Shown here piece by piece: positions 48,563 through 57,678 of a stretch of DNA of 64,000 bases (the first letter of the stretch is position 1; each line of letters opens with the position of its first letter). The position numbers were made by a program, and so were the translations under genes. Source of the stretch: Candidatus Omnitrophota bacterium. Its GTDB lineage: Bacteria > Omnitrophota > Gorgyraeia > Zapsychrales > Fredricksoniimonadaceae. Where the stretch lies: assembly GCA_044225175.1 (NCBI GenBank), contig JBGAJA010000002.1, positions 82,917 through 146,916 of the forward strand, written 5' to 3'. The notes under the pieces were generated by a model that saw only the letters and a program-made list of their open reading frames with translations, was not told the origin of the DNA and made no database searches.

Positions 48563-49675
48563 TTGAAGAAAAACATTTTTTATACTATTGCCTTCATTAT
48601 TTTACTTTCCAATGGATTTTACTTATCTTCTCAAAAACCCTTGTGGAGCGATGAAATTCTCTCTCAAACACTTACCATTAATCAAAGCTATTCTGATCTC
48701 TTGCTTAAAAAAAATCCTCAAGAAGGAAACGTGTCTCCTCTGTTTTATATTCTTCAGAAATCCTTTTGTGATCTCTTTGGATTTCGGACTCCTACTCCTT
48801 GGTTAAATGGGCACTGGGAATACCGAGATATGGCTGCAAATATTTTCTTAAGAATTCTTCCGGTTGTTTGGATGTCCTTGTCCTTCTTGCTTTTTCTCAT
48901 CTACTTTTCAAAACGTTTTAATCTTTGGGTAGGAATCTTTAGTTTATCTCTAGCGCTTTCTTCCTCCATGTTATGGTCATATTGGGCAGAGGCGCGACCC
49001 TATGGTCTTTGGATTCTTCTAACTGTCTGTCAAATGATTATATTTTGTGAATTATTTCAAAAACAGCCTTTCCAGCTTAAAAAGTGGGTTTTATTATCCT
49101 TGGTTCATCTAGCCTTGAGTCTTACTTGTGCCCTAAGCTTTGTTCAAATTAGCGTTATTTATTTTCTCTTATTCTTAAAAGAACGCCGATGGATTCAATG
49201 CATCTTTCTCTTACTGCTTCCTCTTTGTTTTATTTATTTCTACAAGCCTATTTCTTCATTTAACAATGTTCTTGTAATAGCTCCAGTTAACGAACTAATT
49301 TTTAATACTATTCCTAAAGAAAAACTCTGGGTGCTGTGTCTTTATCCTTTAATGCTCACATTAGTTCTTCTGTATAAAAGATTTTCTGAAACTTATGGGC
49401 CTGAGAGTGAGACGTTCAAAAAATGTTTGCCTTTGTTTACAGCGATTTACTTAATGATTTTGTCGGTTGTTCTTTTTCTTGCTTATTTAAAATCTCATTC
49501 GACAGGATCATCTCAAATGATCCTGTCGAGACATGTGATATTCTTGGTTCCTTTAGGTGTGTTTGGAATTTCTTATTTGGTAGGTACTCTATGGGAGACA
49601 GTTAAGCAGCCTTGGTGGCTTAACTTGTTCATCTTTATTCTTATTACGTTACTCTTAATTCCAACCTATCGATAA
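48563..49675 (+). CDS. Membrane protein, GT-C glycosyltransferase-like
   Basis: LWSDE, PLFY, LRI and EARPY motifs typical of ArnT/PMT-like proteins; very AT-rich. Confidence 0.6.
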   Translation: MKKNIFYTIAFIILLSNGFYLSSQKPLWSDEILSQTLTINQSYSDLLLKKNPQEGNVSPLFYILQKSFCDLFGFRTPTPWLNGHWEYRDMAANIFLRILPVVWMSLSFLLFLIYFSKRFNLWVGIFSLSLALSSSMLWSYWAEARPYGLWILLTVCQMIIFCELFQKQPFQLKKWVLLSLVHLALSLTCALSFVQISVIYFLLFLKERRWIQCIFLLLLPLCFIYFYKPISSFNNVLVIAPVNELIFNTIPKEKLWVLCLYPLMLTLVLLYKRFSETYGPESETFKKCLPLFTAIYLMILSVVLFLAYLKSHSTGSSQMILSRHVIFLVPLGVFGISYLVGTLWETVKQPWWLNLFIFILITLLLIPTYR

Positions 49676-49683
49676 ATTCAAAT

Positions 49684-50457
49684 TTATTTGCCTTGTTCCT
49701 GAAATAGTGCCACTGTCGCATCTAATATCTCTGAAGGTTTAGCATATTCGCACATAAGTTTTACACCCGTCTTATGAGCAAAATGTTCCATGACGGCTTT
49801 ATCATGTTTATAATTTTTTCGAATATATAAAATGTATTTTGTTTCTTTTCTTTTCATGAGCTGTTGAAGCCTAAGTATCACAAGATCTCCTGACAGATCA
49901 TTTAAACCTAAGCTAATAACGGCCAAATCAGGAGGATTATTCATGACCTTCTCAATACCAGCAAGTCCGCTGGTTGCAATCTCACTTTTATATCCCACAT
50001 GGGCCAAAATGCAGCTGATCTTTTGCGCCGATTCCAAATTATCATCTACAATTACAATCCTTCTAGCTGTACCATCTGTTTTTCTCCAATATTGCTTATT
50101 TAAAATAGCTTCTATTTTACTGAGCAATTCGTTTCCACCAAATGGCTTCATAATAAATCCATCTACATACAAATCTTTAAATAGTTCGGTCAAATTTGAA
50201 CGACCCGTCAAAACTAATATCGGATACCTGGGTCTTTCTTCCTGACCACATAGATTCTGATAAAATTCAATCCCATTCATTTTTGGCATTCCTAAATCTA
50301 GTAGAATCAAATCAGGTTTCATTTTCTTAAGCTTTTCAAGGCCCTCTTTACCATTGGTTGCAATTTCTGTACCATATCCATCTGCTTCAATACATTCCGC
50401 ATACAATTCGGCTAGTTCTGGATCATCTTCAAGAATCAGGATTTTTTTATCCATCAT
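49684..50457 (-). CDS. Response regulator with two receiver domains
   Basis: ILILEDD, ILLDLGMP and KP in the first REC domain; the second (IVDDN) lacks the phosphoacceptor Asp (AVISLGL). Confidence 0.85.
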   Translation of the reverse strand: MMDKKILILEDDPELAELYAECIEADGYGTEIATNGKEGLEKLKKMKPDLILLDLGMPKMNGIEFYQNLCGQEERPRYPILVLTGRSNLTELFKDLYVDGFIMKPFGGNELLSKIEAILNKQYWRKTDGTARRIVIVDDNLESAQKISCILAHVGYKSEIATSGLAGIEKVMNNPPDLAVISLGLNDLSGDLVILRLQQLMKRKETKYILYIRKNYKHDKAVMEHFAHKTGVKLMCEYAKPSEILDATVALFQEQGK

Positions 50458-50545
50458 TATTCACCTGCCTCTCTAATTCAAGTATGACATGCCACGATGC
50501 TATAACAACCGGTTTTCAGCCTTTGTAAGAAAACGTTTTCTTAAA

Positions 50546-50573
50546 TAAAAATACTTTCCCCTTCTGGGGAAAG
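50546..50573 (-). terminator. Intrinsic terminator
   Basis: CTTTCCCC-AGAA-GGGGAAAG followed by TATTTTT on the minus strand. Confidence 0.65.
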
Positions 50574-50660
50574 CGTGGTGTGACTTTTCTGATTACCTGC
50601 TTAAAGCAGGCGGTTCATGCGGGATACTTAGGCGGTCGGTCATGCAGATTATGCTGAAGT

Positions 50661-50930
50661 TTATTGAACCGTTTTTCTAATAGAGTCCGCAGCCTCACGA
50701 CCCATAGTCTTAAGGTCGTTTCCTGCGTCTTGAACAGTTGCTTTAATATCATTTCCGTTGCTTCTAAAAAGAGGTCGGCCTTCTGCTAAAACCCAAATAA
50801 CTAAAACAACTAAAACCAAAGTGAGCACCCCTGTTGGGGCATATCCCCAAGAAGAACTATAAGACCAGGTTGGAAGAGCTCCTAAAACCAAAATTAAAAG
50901 GATTAATAGCAAAACTGTTTCATTGGTCAT
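50661..50930 (-). CDS. DUF3309-like small membrane protein
   Basis: LILVLGALPTWSYSSSWGYAPTG motif. Confidence 0.75.
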   Translation of the reverse strand: MTNETVLLLILLILVLGALPTWSYSSSWGYAPTGVLTLVLVVLVIWVLAEGRPLFRSNGNDIKATVQDAGNDLKTMGREAADSIRKTVQ

Positions 50931-50945
50931 TACATTTCTCCATTA

Positions 50946-51398
50946 TTATTTTGCTAAAGCAAGGCGATTTTCTTGCATTTGTGATGAAACTTCTGCAAAC
51001 TGAGTAAGCATTTCATTTTTAGAATTCAAACGAGTAATTTTAATATTGCCTTGGGTTAATTTAACAGTTCGCCCAGTCTCCTCTTTAATGATGGCTTCAA
51101 TTTGAGCAATACTTGTTGTCTTTGGGTCAAATTTAACTTGTCTTAAATCTTTATTGTTTGAGACCGATAGAGCTGGTAAATAAATCGTTCCATTGCTAAA
51201 GTCAACGGCAAAGGCAATAATACCTGGAATTAAGAAAAATAATAACCCGATAGCATCAAGAATCACAACTCCTGCATCCAAATGTCCAGATTTTTGTCCA
51301 CGGCGTTCAGGATAAAGAAGTGTTCCACATCCTACTAATTGAAAACTCAAAACTGCAACAATAACACTTTTAAAAATTTTATTGATGGTTATTTCCAT
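50946..51398 (-). CDS. Putative lipoprotein
   Basis: Lipobox LVGC; CGTLLYPERRGQ..GIIAFAVDFSNGTIYLP. Confidence 0.7.
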   Translation of the reverse strand: MEITINKIFKSVIVAVLSFQLVGCGTLLYPERRGQKSGHLDAGVVILDAIGLLFFLIPGIIAFAVDFSNGTIYLPALSVSNNKDLRQVKFDPKTTSIAQIEAIIKEETGRTVKLTQGNIKITRLNSKNEMLTQFAEVSSQMQENRLALAK

Positions 51399-51400
51399 AA

Positions 51401-52108
51401 TTAATCTCCTAGGATAGTGACTGGTTCCTCTTTCCCTTGTTTAAGGGCATCAAGGTGGCTATAAATTTTTTGAGATTTATAGACAAGTATGCATAAGGCA
51501 GCAAATGATACTGCCACAAAAAAGGGAAAGATTTGAACAAGCAAATTTTTCCCTGTAAAAAGTAGCACTGTATTAAAAATAATAAGTGTCCAGCGCAATT
51601 CCGATACACCAAAATAATTGCAGCTAATTTTAAAGTTATTAGTAATCGCAAAATCCATAAGAGTGTGTACCATGAATCCGGCAGTAAAACCTAGACAGAG
51701 TAAAGTCAAAAGGCTGTAGGATGGAGGCAGTAAAAAGGAGTACCCTACCACAATAGAGGCTAGAAACACATAATCTAGAAAATGGTCCATGTAAAAACCC
51801 CATTTAATCAAACCTGTATTACGAAGCCGTCCAACCGCTCCATCTAGCATATCCGTTATATATTGAGCAAAAATACAAAAACTAAACACCCCAAGCCAAC
51901 GAATATCTTCCTGGGCTAGATATCCCGATAGTACAATGACGCTAGACCAAATGATCGTCATCAAGGTAAGATGCGCTGTACCGATTGGTTTAGGCACATG
52001 AGGAACCGCCCAATCCAAGAACTTCTTTTCATAAGGAACAAGAAAGTGGATCAGATTCTTTTTATCGCCGGCAAATTCTTCTTTAGTTGTAGTTACGATC
52101 GTATTCAT
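51401..52108 (-). CDS. CDP-alcohol phosphatidyltransferase family protein
   Basis: DMLDGAVGR..GFYMDHFLD matches the family motif. Start reassigned to ATG 52108 because the longer ORF overlaps the tRNA. Confidence 0.85.
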   Translation of the reverse strand: MNTIVTTTKEEFAGDKKNLIHFLVPYEKKFLDWAVPHVPKPIGTAHLTLMTIIWSSVIVLSGYLAQEDIRWLGVFSFCIFAQYITDMLDGAVGRLRNTGLIKWGFYMDHFLDYVFLASIVVGYSFLLPPSYSLLTLLCLGFTAGFMVHTLMDFAITNNFKISCNYFGVSELRWTLIIFNTVLLFTGKNLLVQIFPFFVAVSFAALCILVYKSQKIYSHLDALKQGKEEPVTILGD

Positions 52109-52187
52109 GATGGAAGTATATCTTGATGGAGATGAAGGCAGGATGAAGAGAAGATTAAATATAATTAATAGTTGGTTTAGACTATCA

Positions 52188-52259
52188 TTGCCTCGTCTGG
52201 ACTCGAACCAGAATACTGAGATCCAGAATCTCATGTCCTACCAATTAGACGACAAGGCA
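52188..52259 (-). tRNA. tRNA-Gln(CUG)
   Basis: Cloverleaf: acceptor stem TGCCTTG/CGAGGCA, anticodon arm TGAGA-TTCTGGA-TCTCA, T arm TCTGG-TTCGAGT-CCAGA. CCA not encoded. Confidence 0.93.
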
Positions 52260-52268
52260 TAAAATAAG

Positions 52269-52304
52269 AAACCGCCGTCCCACTATAGTGAGACAGCGGT
52301 TTTT
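52269..52304. terminator. Terminator-like hairpin between the small lipoprotein gene and the tRNA
   Basis: AAACCGCCGTCCCAC-TATA-GTGAGACAGCGGTTTTT. Confidence 0.55.
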
Positions 52305-52319
52305 AAAATCATAAGTTAT

Positions 52320-52508
52320 TTACCACAGATGTTTCTTGATCCAGTCATCTGCATTGGCTAGCATATTATCTTCGTGTGGTTGATCTTCCTTTAATAGCTG
52401 ATTAGGCTCATTGGTTTCTGAAAAAGGTTGGGTAATGGCGTATTTTAAGGATTCGCATCCTGTTAAGAAAGCCGTCATCACTAGAAGTATTAAGAATTTT
52501 TTCATCAT
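52320..52508 (-). CDS. Small lipoprotein
   Basis: Lipobox LTGC, GAGGA RBS, C-terminal DDWIKKHLW. Confidence 0.7.
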   Translation of the reverse strand: MMKKFLILLVMTAFLTGCESLKYAITQPFSETNEPNQLLKEDQPHEDNMLANADDWIKKHLW

Positions 52509-52519
52509 ATTTTCCTCAA

Positions 52520-53797
52520 TTAATTGTTCACCATTGCTTTTAAACGTTCTACGGTTTTGGATTGCCCAAGAACTGCCATTGTTTCAAACAAACCAGGCCC
52601 TACAGCTCTGCCTGTCAACGCCACTCGAACGGGATGAACTAAATCTCCCGCCTTTATGCCCAACTGCTCAACCACTGATCGAAAAGCCTCTTCAGCTGTT
52701 TTTGCATTAAATTCTGTAAGCTTTGATTCAGATTCAGCCAAAAGAGCAAACTCCTTGGATCGGTCTTCAGAAAGATGTTTTTCTTTAGCTTCTGGATCAA
52801 AATTGACTGCATCGCTAAAAATAAAATCTGTCCACTCCAAAAAGTCCTTCAAAGTCGACATCCGACCTTTGAATAAGTTTACAATACTTTCCATGGCTTT
52901 GCCATCCGGGATTGGTTTATCCTGGTATTTCTCTTTAAGAAAAGGAATGAGCAATTCCGTTAGTTTCGCTACATCCATATTCTTTATATACTCACCATTG
53001 AGCCATTTAAGCTTATCTAAAGAGAAAACTGCTCCAGCTTTATTAATCTTCTTGATGGAGAAATTTTTAACCGCTGTTGCAAGCGTCACTTTTTCCTGAT
53101 TATTACCAGGAGACCATCCTAAAAGCATCAAATAATTGATGACAGCTTCTGACAAAAATCCTTCGCGGCGATATTCAGTAACAGCAACTGCGCCCGCTCT
53201 TTTAGACATACGAGCCCTCTCATCATCTAATATCAAAGGCAAATGAGCAAATTTAGGAGGTTTAAAACCTAACGCTTCGTAAATAACAATCTGCTTTGGA
53301 GTATTCGAAATATGATCTTCCCCTCGAATGACACAAGAAATTTCCATGAGCGCATCATCGATAACACAAGCAAAACTATACGTGGGTGATCCATCCGACT
53401 TCATGAGTACTTGGTCTTTAATTTCTTTTGAATCCACAACAATTTCATCACGAATAAGATCATACAGTTTAATGACCTTTTCTGGCATCTTCAAAATGAC
53501 TGCTTCACCATCTTTATAAGCTTTACCCTCATCTAAAAGTTTTTGGGCATATTGACGATAAATATCAAAACGATCGCTTTGCTTATAAAATTCATCCCAT
53601 GACAGCCCCAGCCACTGCATGCTGTCCATAATCTCATCTAAATACTCCTGTTTAGAACGCAGCTGGTCTGTGTCTTCAATACGGAGGATAAACTTTCCAC
53701 CTTGTGCTTTAGCATACATCCAGTTAAATAATGCTGTGCGTGCACCGCCTATATGAAGAAAACCGGTTGGTGAAGGAGCAAATCGAACTCTAGTCAT
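52520..53797 (-). CDS. gltX: Glutamate--tRNA ligase (compact form)
   Basis: RFAPSPTGFLHIGG, RIEDTD, IRGEDH and RMSKR motifs. Confidence 0.96.
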   Translation of the reverse strand: MTRVRFAPSPTGFLHIGGARTALFNWMYAKAQGGKFILRIEDTDQLRSKQEYLDEIMDSMQWLGLSWDEFYKQSDRFDIYRQYAQKLLDEGKAYKDGEAVILKMPEKVIKLYDLIRDEIVVDSKEIKDQVLMKSDGSPTYSFACVIDDALMEISCVIRGEDHISNTPKQIVIYEALGFKPPKFAHLPLILDDERARMSKRAGAVAVTEYRREGFLSEAVINYLMLLGWSPGNNQEKVTLATAVKNFSIKKINKAGAVFSLDKLKWLNGEYIKNMDVAKLTELLIPFLKEKYQDKPIPDGKAMESIVNLFKGRMSTLKDFLEWTDFIFSDAVNFDPEAKEKHLSEDRSKEFALLAESESKLTEFNAKTAEEAFRSVVEQLGIKAGDLVHPVRVALTGRAVGPGLFETMAVLGQSKTVERLKAMVNN

Positions 53798-53802
53798 AAT
53801 CC

Positions 53803-54165
53803 TTATAAACCATTCTGTTGTGTCGATATTTTTTCGACTAATTCTTTAATAAATTTTTTTTGAGCCTCATTTAAATCTTCAAATGTTATTCCAACTGAAA
53901 AATTGGCCTTTAAATCGTTTGGGATATTGACAAATTGTCTGCAGCGAAGAATCCTTCCTGAACATTCAAAAAGAATATTGTCAACAAACTCCATTCTGAT
54001 GTCTACTTTAGCCCCCACCATAAGCCCATGATCAATATTAACTAAAATCCCGCCCGCTCCAATATTAACTGTATTTGTCAGTATCGTATTAAACCCGTTT
54101 TTTTCCCATAGGGTGATTGAGCACTTGCATGTAACTCTTGGGAATTTGCGATTTTCGTAGGACAT
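53803..54165 (-). CDS. PilZ domain protein
   Basis: RKFPR, NIGAGG and VGITF motifs. Confidence 0.8.
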   Translation of the reverse strand: MSYENRKFPRVTCKCSITLWEKNGFNTILTNTVNIGAGGILVNIDHGLMVGAKVDIRMEFVDNILFECSGRILRCRQFVNIPNDLKANFSVGITFEDLNEAQKKFIKELVEKISTQQNGL

Positions 54166-54167
54166 AA

Positions 54168-54560
54168 TTAATACGTCATTTTTAAAACAGTAGCTCCATT
54201 TTTAACCACACGATCAATCGTATCTTTAAGATGCTCTTTTTGTTTAGCTGGTAGAGAGACAAATTCAATACCGACATCATAAAAGAGAGGCTTGACTGAT
54301 TCATCTGATTTTCTTCTGACCACCCAAACCACTTTTCCAATTGTTTTAATATGGTCTTGGGCGTCTAATAAGTCGATTTCCAACTCAACATCTGTAAATA
54401 ATTTGACTTCTTTTTTGACAGTGACAGAAACTCCGCCAATTCCTATGTTTTCTGTGTGTGTCAAAAAGGTGGGAACATCTTTTTGTTTACTGACAAGCTT
54501 GATCATACAAGGATAAAGTACTCGTGGAAATTTGCGACGATTTTCACCTTCCCAACTCAT
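54168..54560 (-). CDS. PilZ domain protein
   Basis: RRKFPR, NIGIGG, GKVVW and VGIEF motifs. Confidence 0.82.
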   Translation of the reverse strand: MSWEGENRRKFPRVLYPCMIKLVSKQKDVPTFLTHTENIGIGGVSVTVKKEVKLFTDVELEIDLLDAQDHIKTIGKVVWVVRRKSDESVKPLFYDVGIEFVSLPAKQKEHLKDTIDRVVKNGATVLKMTY

Positions 54561-54563
54561 AGA

Positions 54564-55364
54564 TTATCCCCCTTGGCTGTTTGGTTCAGGCCTTTGAAGG
54601 CGAACAATTGTGTTTGCCTTGCCTGTTTGTTCGTCAATATTAATGAGAACACCACTAATAGTTGCCTCGCTTTGGGCAACTTCAAATTTCTGAGGAAGAC
54701 TTGTTAAAAAACGTTTGATGATACGATCTTTGTCTTGGCCGATCACGGAATCGTAGGGTCCGCTCATTCCAAGATCTGTAATATAAGCTGTGCCGTTGGA
54801 GAGAATCTTTTCATCAGCTGTTTGAATGTGTGTGTGTGTTCCAACTACGCCTGAGACTCTGCCATTCGCATAATGTCCCATTGCCACCTTCTCACTTGTT
54901 GTTTCAGCATGCATATCAAGAATGATAATATTAGTTTGGGATGCTAAATCTTTAATAGCCTCGTCTAAGCAACGAAAAGGACAATTGACATTATAACGCA
55001 TAAAAGAACGGCCTAACAAATTAATTACACCGACCTTGCGTCCATTGGCAGCTGTGACAACGCTCCAGCCTCGCCCTGGGGCTCCGTCGGGAAAATTACC
55101 CGGACGAACAATATTATCATTGTCCTGAAGATAGGGCTGAATCTCTGGTTTGTCCCATACATGATCACCCAGCGTGATTGCATCTGCTCCGCTGGCAAAA
55201 ATCTCTTGGGCATGCTTAGGTAAAATCCCGCTTCCACCAGCAGAATTTTCTCCATTAACGATTGTAAAATCAACAGCCAATTCTGTCTTGATCAAAGGCA
55301 GGTATTTAGCTAAAGCTTCTCTCCCTGGACGTCCTACAATGTCGCCAATACATAAAATATTCAT
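54564..55364 (-). CDS. ymdB: YmdB/TIGR00282 metallophosphoesterase
   Basis: IGDIVGRPGR, NGEN, DMHAETTSEK and GTHTH motifs; lies downstream of rny. Confidence 0.93.
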   Translation of the reverse strand: MNILCIGDIVGRPGREALAKYLPLIKTELAVDFTIVNGENSAGGSGILPKHAQEIFASGADAITLGDHVWDKPEIQPYLQDNDNIVRPGNFPDGAPGRGWSVVTAANGRKVGVINLLGRSFMRYNVNCPFRCLDEAIKDLASQTNIIILDMHAETTSEKVAMGHYANGRVSGVVGTHTHIQTADEKILSNGTAYITDLGMSGPYDSVIGQDKDRIIKRFLTSLPQKFEVAQSEATISGVLINIDEQTGKANTIVRLQRPEPNSQGG

Positions 55365-55372
55365 ATTTTTCT

Positions 55373-56938
55373 CTACTTAGCGACTTCAATGGCCCTAGTT
55401 TCACGAACAACCATGACTTTGATGTGGCCAGGATATTCCATTTCTTCTTCAATTCTTTTTCTAATATCCCGAGCCATGACCACAGCTTCATCATCATTGA
55501 CTTTTTCAGGCATGACAACAACACGAATTTCTCGTCCAGCTTGTAGAGCGTATGACTTCTCAACACCTTTAAAGGAGTTAGAAATCTTCTCTAAATTCTC
55601 CAGACGTTTGATGTATGTTTCCATGCTTTCAGCACGAGCCCCTGGACGAGCAGCGGAAATAGCATCTGCTGCTGAAACTAGGATCCCATAGAGGGTGTTC
55701 ATTTCAACTTCACCATGATGACTTTCCACAGCATAAGCGACATCTTCTGTTTCACCATATTTGCGGCAAAGACGAGCGCCTACAATCGCATGCGTGCCTT
55801 CTTCTACGTCGGAAGAGACAACTTTTCCAATGTCATGTAAAAGACCCGCACGCTTAGCGGTTTTTACATCAATTCCTAGCTGATGAGCCATAATGCCCAT
55901 CAATTTAGCAACTTCGATTGAGTGATTTAAACCGTTTTGACCAAAGGATGTTCGGTAGCGAAGCTTTCCCACCAGCTTAATGATTTCAGGATGCATTCCA
56001 TGAATTCCAAGTTCAATAGTAGCACGATCGCCTTCTTCTTTGATCTTTCTATCTATTTCATCTTTGGCTTTTTGGACCACTTCTTCAATACGTCCTGGAT
56101 GAATACGACCATCACCTATTAATTGCTCAATGGCTAAACGTGCAATTTCTCGACGCATCATATCGAAACCTGAGATGGTGACTGCTTCGGGAGTATCATC
56201 AATAATAATATCAACTCCTGTTGCCTGTTCCAAAGCACGGATGTTGCGTCCTTCACGGCCAATAATACGGCCTTTCATTTCATCGGAAGGAAGAGGAACA
56301 ACGGAAACAGTGGTTTCCGCGGTATGATCAGAAGCGCAACGTTGGATGGCAATCGTGATAAGTTCTCTGGCTTTTTTATCTGCAGAATCTTTAATTTCTT
56401 CGTTGTTGTGGCGGATACGCTGGGCTTTTTCTGTGGCTAATTCATCTTCAACGCGAACTAATAAAATCTTCTTGGCTTCTTCTGTAGAAAGATTAGCAAC
56501 AGTTTGTAATCTTTGCTTTTCTTCAGCCAATGCTTTACTTAACTCTTCTGTCTTTTCTTTAATACTTATTTCACCTTCTCGCAAGGCTTCCAGACGGCTA
56601 GTTAAGTCTTTTTCTTTTTTCTCGAGCAAATCAACCCGCTTCTCTAAATTCTCTTCCCTGGATAAAATACGTTTTTCAGACGCTGTTAGTTCATCTCTCT
56701 TTTCTTTTGTCTGAACTTCAAATTCTTGTCGCATCTTGAGTAAAATGTCTTTGGCTTGTAACTCGGCTTCCTTGCGAATAGTTTCTGCTTCTCTTTGGGC
56801 CAATTGACGAATATCCGCGGCTCCTGCCTGTGCTTCTTTTGTTCTCTTAGAACTCAAAAAACTATTTAAGAAAAACCCGGCAATAATGCACCCAAGGCCG
56901 ACAAAAATAACAATAAACATGCTTCCTATGTTTTCCAT
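55373..56938 (-). CDS. rny: Ribonuclease Y
   Basis: TM helix, coiled coil, KH domain ([14 protein letters not shown]) and HD domain (LLHDIGK). Start at ATG 56938. Confidence 0.96.
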   Translation of the reverse strand: MENIGSMFIVIFVGLGCIIAGFFLNSFLSSKRTKEAQAGAADIRQLAQREAETIRKEAELQAKDILLKMRQEFEVQTKEKRDELTASEKRILSREENLEKRVDLLEKKEKDLTSRLEALREGEISIKEKTEELSKALAEEKQRLQTVANLSTEEAKKILLVRVEDELATEKAQRIRHNNEEIKDSADKKARELITIAIQRCASDHTAETTVSVVPLPSDEMKGRIIGREGRNIRALEQATGVDIIIDDTPEAVTISGFDMMRREIARLAIEQLIGDGRIHPGRIEEVVQKAKDEIDRKIKEEGDRATIELGIHGMHPEIIKLVGKLRYRTSFGQNGLNHSIEVAKLMGIMAHQLGIDVKTAKRAGLLHDIGKVVSSDVEEGTHAIVGARLCRKYGETEDVAYAVESHHGEVEMNTLYGILVSAADAISAARPGARAESMETYIKRLENLEKISNSFKGVEKSYALQAGREIRVVVMPEKVNDDEAVVMARDIRKRIEEEMEYPGHIKVMVVRETRAIEVAK

Positions 56939-57072
56939 AGTAAAACCCCTTTCATTCCATCTATTCTGCTTCGCCAAAGTGCTTTTGCCTTTGGCTTCGC
57001 AGCAATAATTCCTTCAGAGCACACAAACGAAAGTTTTGGTGCGAAGAAGAATATGTTAATGCAGGGAAGTTT

Positions 57073-57624
57073 TTAGTTTGAGATGATTGAAGATAAAGGA
57101 ACGTCGTGTTCCTCAATCGGAAGGTTTTCGGTGAGCTGAACATCAAAGGCCAGACCAATTGTGGTCACGGATTTTGGCAGACGACAAAGAAATCGGTCAT
57201 AGTAACCTACTCCGCGTCCTAATCGATTATTGGATTTATCGAAAGCAACCCCTGGGACAATTACCATGTCTAATTCTTCCAGTGGAACCTGTAAAGAAGA
57301 ATCCATACGTGGTTCAAGGATGCCATAGGATCCTTTTTCTAAATCTGCCAATGTATTAATGAGTGTTGGAATCATTTGCCTTTGATCACGCACCATAACT
57401 GGAACACAGATGCGTTTGTTCATTTCGAAAGCCTTAATAATCATCTCAAAAGTATTTACTTCACCTGGCAGGGAAACATAAAACAGGATTGTTTTAGCCT
57501 TTTTGAAGGCCTCCAAAGAGAAAAGCTTCTTCTGAATTTGGCGGCTTTTGGCTTCTGTTTCTGTGTTTTCCTGCTTTTTAAGTAGCTCCAGAAATTGTTG
57601 TCTTAAAGAGCCTTTATCCTTCAT
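57073..57624 (-). CDS. ygfA: 5-formyltetrahydrofolate cyclo-ligase
   Basis: YGILEP and IVPGVAFD..RLGRGVGYYDRFL motifs. Start at ATG 57624. Confidence 0.93.
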   Translation of the reverse strand: MKDKGSLRQQFLELLKKQENTETEAKSRQIQKKLFSLEAFKKAKTILFYVSLPGEVNTFEMIIKAFEMNKRICVPVMVRDQRQMIPTLINTLADLEKGSYGILEPRMDSSLQVPLEELDMVIVPGVAFDKSNNRLGRGVGYYDRFLCRLPKSVTTIGLAFDVQLTENLPIEEHDVPLSSIISN

Positions 57625-57678
57625 GTTGGGCGGTATATTACCATTTTTTAAAACAAAGCACAATAGTTGATTCTTTCC

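Noticed and set aside
52109-52234. N-terminal extension of ORF 51401..52234
   Set aside because: It overlaps tRNA-Gln; ATG 52108 has a -10 box directly upstream.
52188-52259. tRNA as the integration site of a prophage or island
   Set aside because: No integrase gene and no duplicated tRNA 3' end was found in the window.
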